Positions 61,622 through 64,000 of a DNA stretch of 64,000 nt are shown in pieces. The notes under the pieces were generated by a model. It had not been told where the DNA came from. It saw only the letters and a list, made by a program, of their open reading frames with translations, and did not search any database. A program made the position numbers and the translations under genes. The stretch is from an uncultured Acidobacteriota bacterium (GTDB lineage Bacteria > Acidobacteriota > Thermoanaerobaculia > Gp7-AA8): assembly GCA_963741955.1 (NCBI GenBank), contig CAVUKB010000010.1, forward strand, positions 504,260-568,259, written 5' to 3'. Position 1 is the first letter of the stretch, and each line of letters begins with the position of its first letter.

Positions 61622-63043
61622 ATGAAGAACCGCACCCTGTGGACCTTCGTGATCACCTCGGTCGCGCTGTTCATGGTCACCCTCGACAACCTGGTCGTCA
61701 CGACCGCGATCCCGGTGATCCGCAAGGATCTAGGCGCGTCGCTGGAGAGCCTGGAATGGACGGTCAACGCGTACACGCTGACGTTCGCCGTGCTCCTGCT
61801 GACCGGCGCGGCACTCGGCGATCGCTTCGGTCGACGGCGCATGTTCTCGCTCGGCGTCGGCATCTTCACCGCCGGCTCGGTCGCCGCGGCACTCGCGCCG
61901 TCGATCGGGATGCTGAACCTCGCGCGTGCCGTGCAAGGACTCGGCGGCGCGATCGTCCTGCCGCTGACCCTGACGATCCTCAGCGCCGCCGTTCCCGCGA
62001 ACAAGCGCGGACTGGCGCTTGGCGCGTGGGGCGGCATCAGCGGGCTGGCGGTCGCGCTCGGCCCGGTCGTGGGCGGCGCCATCGTGCAGGGCATCTCCTG
62101 GCAGTGGATCTTCTGGCTGAACGTCCCGATCGGTGTCGCGCTCGTCCCGCTCGCGATGTCCCGGCTGACGGAGAGCTACGGCCCGGCCGGCAAGCTCGAC
62201 CTCGGTGGACTCGGCCTGTCCAGCGCCGGCCTGTTCGGCATCGTGTGGGGCTTGGTCCGTGGCAACGCGCAGGGCTGGGCGAGCACGGAGATCCTGGGCG
62301 CGCTGAGCATCGGCGTCGTACTGCTGGCAGCGTTCGTGGCCTGGGAACTGCGGGCCGAGAACCCGATGCTGCCGATGGCGTTCTTCCGCAACCGCACGTT
62401 CACCCTCGCGAACACCGCGTCGCTGTTCATGTTCTTCGGGATGTTCGGCTCGATCTTCCTGCTGTCGCAGTTCTTCCAGACGGTGCAGGGCTACTCGCCG
62501 CTGGGCTCGGGCCTGCGCATCCTGCCGTGGACGATCGCGCCCATGTTCGTCGCCCCGATCGCGGGCGCCCTGTCGGACAAGATCGGCGGCAAGACGCTCA
62601 TCGGTGTCGGGCTCTCGCTGCAGGCCCTCGGGCTGGGCTGGCTGGGCCTCATCTCGACACCGACGGCGCCTTACTCGGCATTCATCGGCCCGTTCATCCT
62701 GGCCGGTGTCGGGATGGGCATGTTCTTCGCCCCGGTCGCGAACGTGGTTCTCTCCGCCGTGCGACCCGCGGAAGAAGGCCAGGCCTCCGGCGCGAACAAC
62801 GCGATCCGCGAACTCGGCGGGGTGTTCGGAGTCGCCGTGCTGGCATCCGTGTTCGCCCGCCTCGGCGGCTACCAGAGTGGTGACGCCTTCGTGGACGGCA
62901 TGAACCCGGCGATCCTGGTCGGCGCCGCTGTCGTGGCACTGGGTGCAGTGGCTGCGTTCGCGATCCCGCGCCGCCGGGCCGCGAAGGTGCCGCACCCGGT
63001 CGTGGCCGAGCAGGTGCCGGAGCTCGCGACTGCCACCGCCTAG
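61622..63043 (+). CDS. DHA2 (EmrB/QacA) MFS efflux transporter
   Basis: FMVTLDNLVV, WTVNAY.L, LGDRFGRRR, RAVQGLGGA and WQWIFWLNVPIG; AAGGAG RBS. Confidence 0.93.
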   Translation: MKNRTLWTFVITSVALFMVTLDNLVVTTAIPVIRKDLGASLESLEWTVNAYTLTFAVLLLTGAALGDRFGRRRMFSLGVGIFTAGSVAAALAPSIGMLNLARAVQGLGGAIVLPLTLTILSAAVPANKRGLALGAWGGISGLAVALGPVVGGAIVQGISWQWIFWLNVPIGVALVPLAMSRLTESYGPAGKLDLGGLGLSSAGLFGIVWGLVRGNAQGWASTEILGALSIGVVLLAAFVAWELRAENPMLPMAFFRNRTFTLANTASLFMFFGMFGSIFLLSQFFQTVQGYSPLGSGLRILPWTIAPMFVAPIAGALSDKIGGKTLIGVGLSLQALGLGWLGLISTPTAPYSAFIGPFILAGVGMGMFFAPVANVVLSAVRPAEEGQASGANNAIRELGGVFGVAVLASVFARLGGYQSGDAFVDGMNPAILVGAAVVALGAVAAFAIPRRRAAKVPHPVVAEQVPELATATA

Positions 63044-63059
63044 CCCCACACCTCAGCAA

Positions 63060-63105
63060 TCGGGCCTGTCGCCGTCGCTTCCACAGGACGGCCGGCAGGC
63101 CCGAG
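63060..63105 (+). terminator. Hairpin downstream of the MFS gene
   Basis: TCGGGCCTG..GCCGTC ... GACGGC..CAGGCCCGA stem; no U-tract, as is common in Actinobacteria. Confidence 0.5.
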
Positions 63106-63137
63106 TGCTGCGCGCCGCGTGCCGCGGCGTTACACCA

Positions 63138-64000
63138 GGCTGACTGCATTTCTGCTTGAGTGCAGTAGTCTCGGTGGATGGGATCGGCAGGGGCTGCCCG
63201 TCCTCGGGGTGGGGTCGATTACCCGCGCACCTATCAGGAGTTTCGGGACTGGTTCAGCGAGGACCGGGCGTGCCTGGAGTACCTCGGGCGGCTGCGCTGG
63301 CCGGACGGGTTCACCTGTCCGCGCTGTGGCGGTCGGGACGCGTGGCGCACGGCGTCGCGGTTGTGGATGTGCGCCGCGTGCGGGGTGAAAACCTCGGCGA
63401 CCGCGGGCACGATCTTCCATCGTTCGCACAGCCCGATCTCGACGTGGTTCGCCGCGGTGTGGTTCGTGACCTCGCAGAGGAACGGGGTCTCCGCGCAGGG
63501 TTTGCAGCGAGTGCTCGGGTTCGGATCGGATGAGACGGCATGGGCCTGGCTGCACAAGCTTCGCCGGGCCATGGTGCGCCCGGACCGCGAACGCCTGGCC
63601 GGGATCGTGGAGGTCGATGAGAGCTTCATCGGCGGGCAAACACCAGGCCGCAAGGGCGGTTCGACGCTCAAGGCGCCGGTGATGATCGCGGTGGAACGCA
63701 CCGGCAAACGCGCCCTGGGCCGGGTCCGCCTCGCCGTGGCCCAGGCGCCGAACACCAACGAGCTCGTCGAGTTCGCCTGCACCGTCATCGAACCGGGCTC
63801 GACGATACGCACCGACGGCGCCCGCATCTTCCGCAAGCTGGGGACCATGGGCTACGCCCACGCCTACGTCACCGTCTACAACTCAGCCGACCCCGCCCAC
63901 AAGCTGCTGCCCGGCGTGCACATGGTCTCCTCGCTGCTCAAACGCTGGATCGCCGGCACCCACCACCAGCGCGTCAGCGACAAGCATCTGCCCTACTACC
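63138..64000 (+). mobile_element. IS1595-family element; transposase from ATG 63178 runs off the window
   Basis: Manual translation DYPRTYQEF..WF....ACLEYL..LRWPDGFTCPRC zinc ribbon, TAGTIFH, VEVDES and TDG DDE motifs. Confidence 0.88.

Overview
The window joins two unrelated DNAs without a gap at about 32610/32611, where thiG is cut off and a mid-gene IS66 fragment begins. Positions 1-32610 are gene-dense, intact, housekeeping-type DNA from a high-GC diderm bacterium (LpxH and OmpW are present; an Acidobacteriota/Thermoanaerobaculia-like origin is my inference). It carries moaA, sdhCAB, a fused 2-oxoacid dehydrogenase E1, aroA, lpxH, a DnaJ-like gene, glgC, rph and thiG. Positions 32611-64000 are an actinobacterial-type accessory mosaic: IS66, integrase-core elements, IS3 ends, an intact IS4 with a 10-bp TSD, tyrosine-recombinase remnants, IS1634, IS1595 and many gene fragments. 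Many genes there have single-base frameshifts that look like uncorrected read errors or chimeric assembly. The most unusual observations are: (1) a full-length P1B-type ATPase homologue that has lost essentially every catalytic and metal-transport motif, a probable pseudo-enzyme; (2) two families of CTAG-flanked, fully palindromic MITE-like elements, stacked in tandem, one with reciprocally swapped ends; (3) a secreted Phi-1/EXORDIUM-like protein behind a sigma54/IHF/UAS-like promoter; (4) an orphan coiled-coil plus PD-(D/E)XK nuclease-like gene in the IS island; (5) a tandem duplication with a micro-inversion at its junction. No CRISPR array, rRNA or tRNA was recognised. All family calls come from motif recognition by eye, not from database searches.
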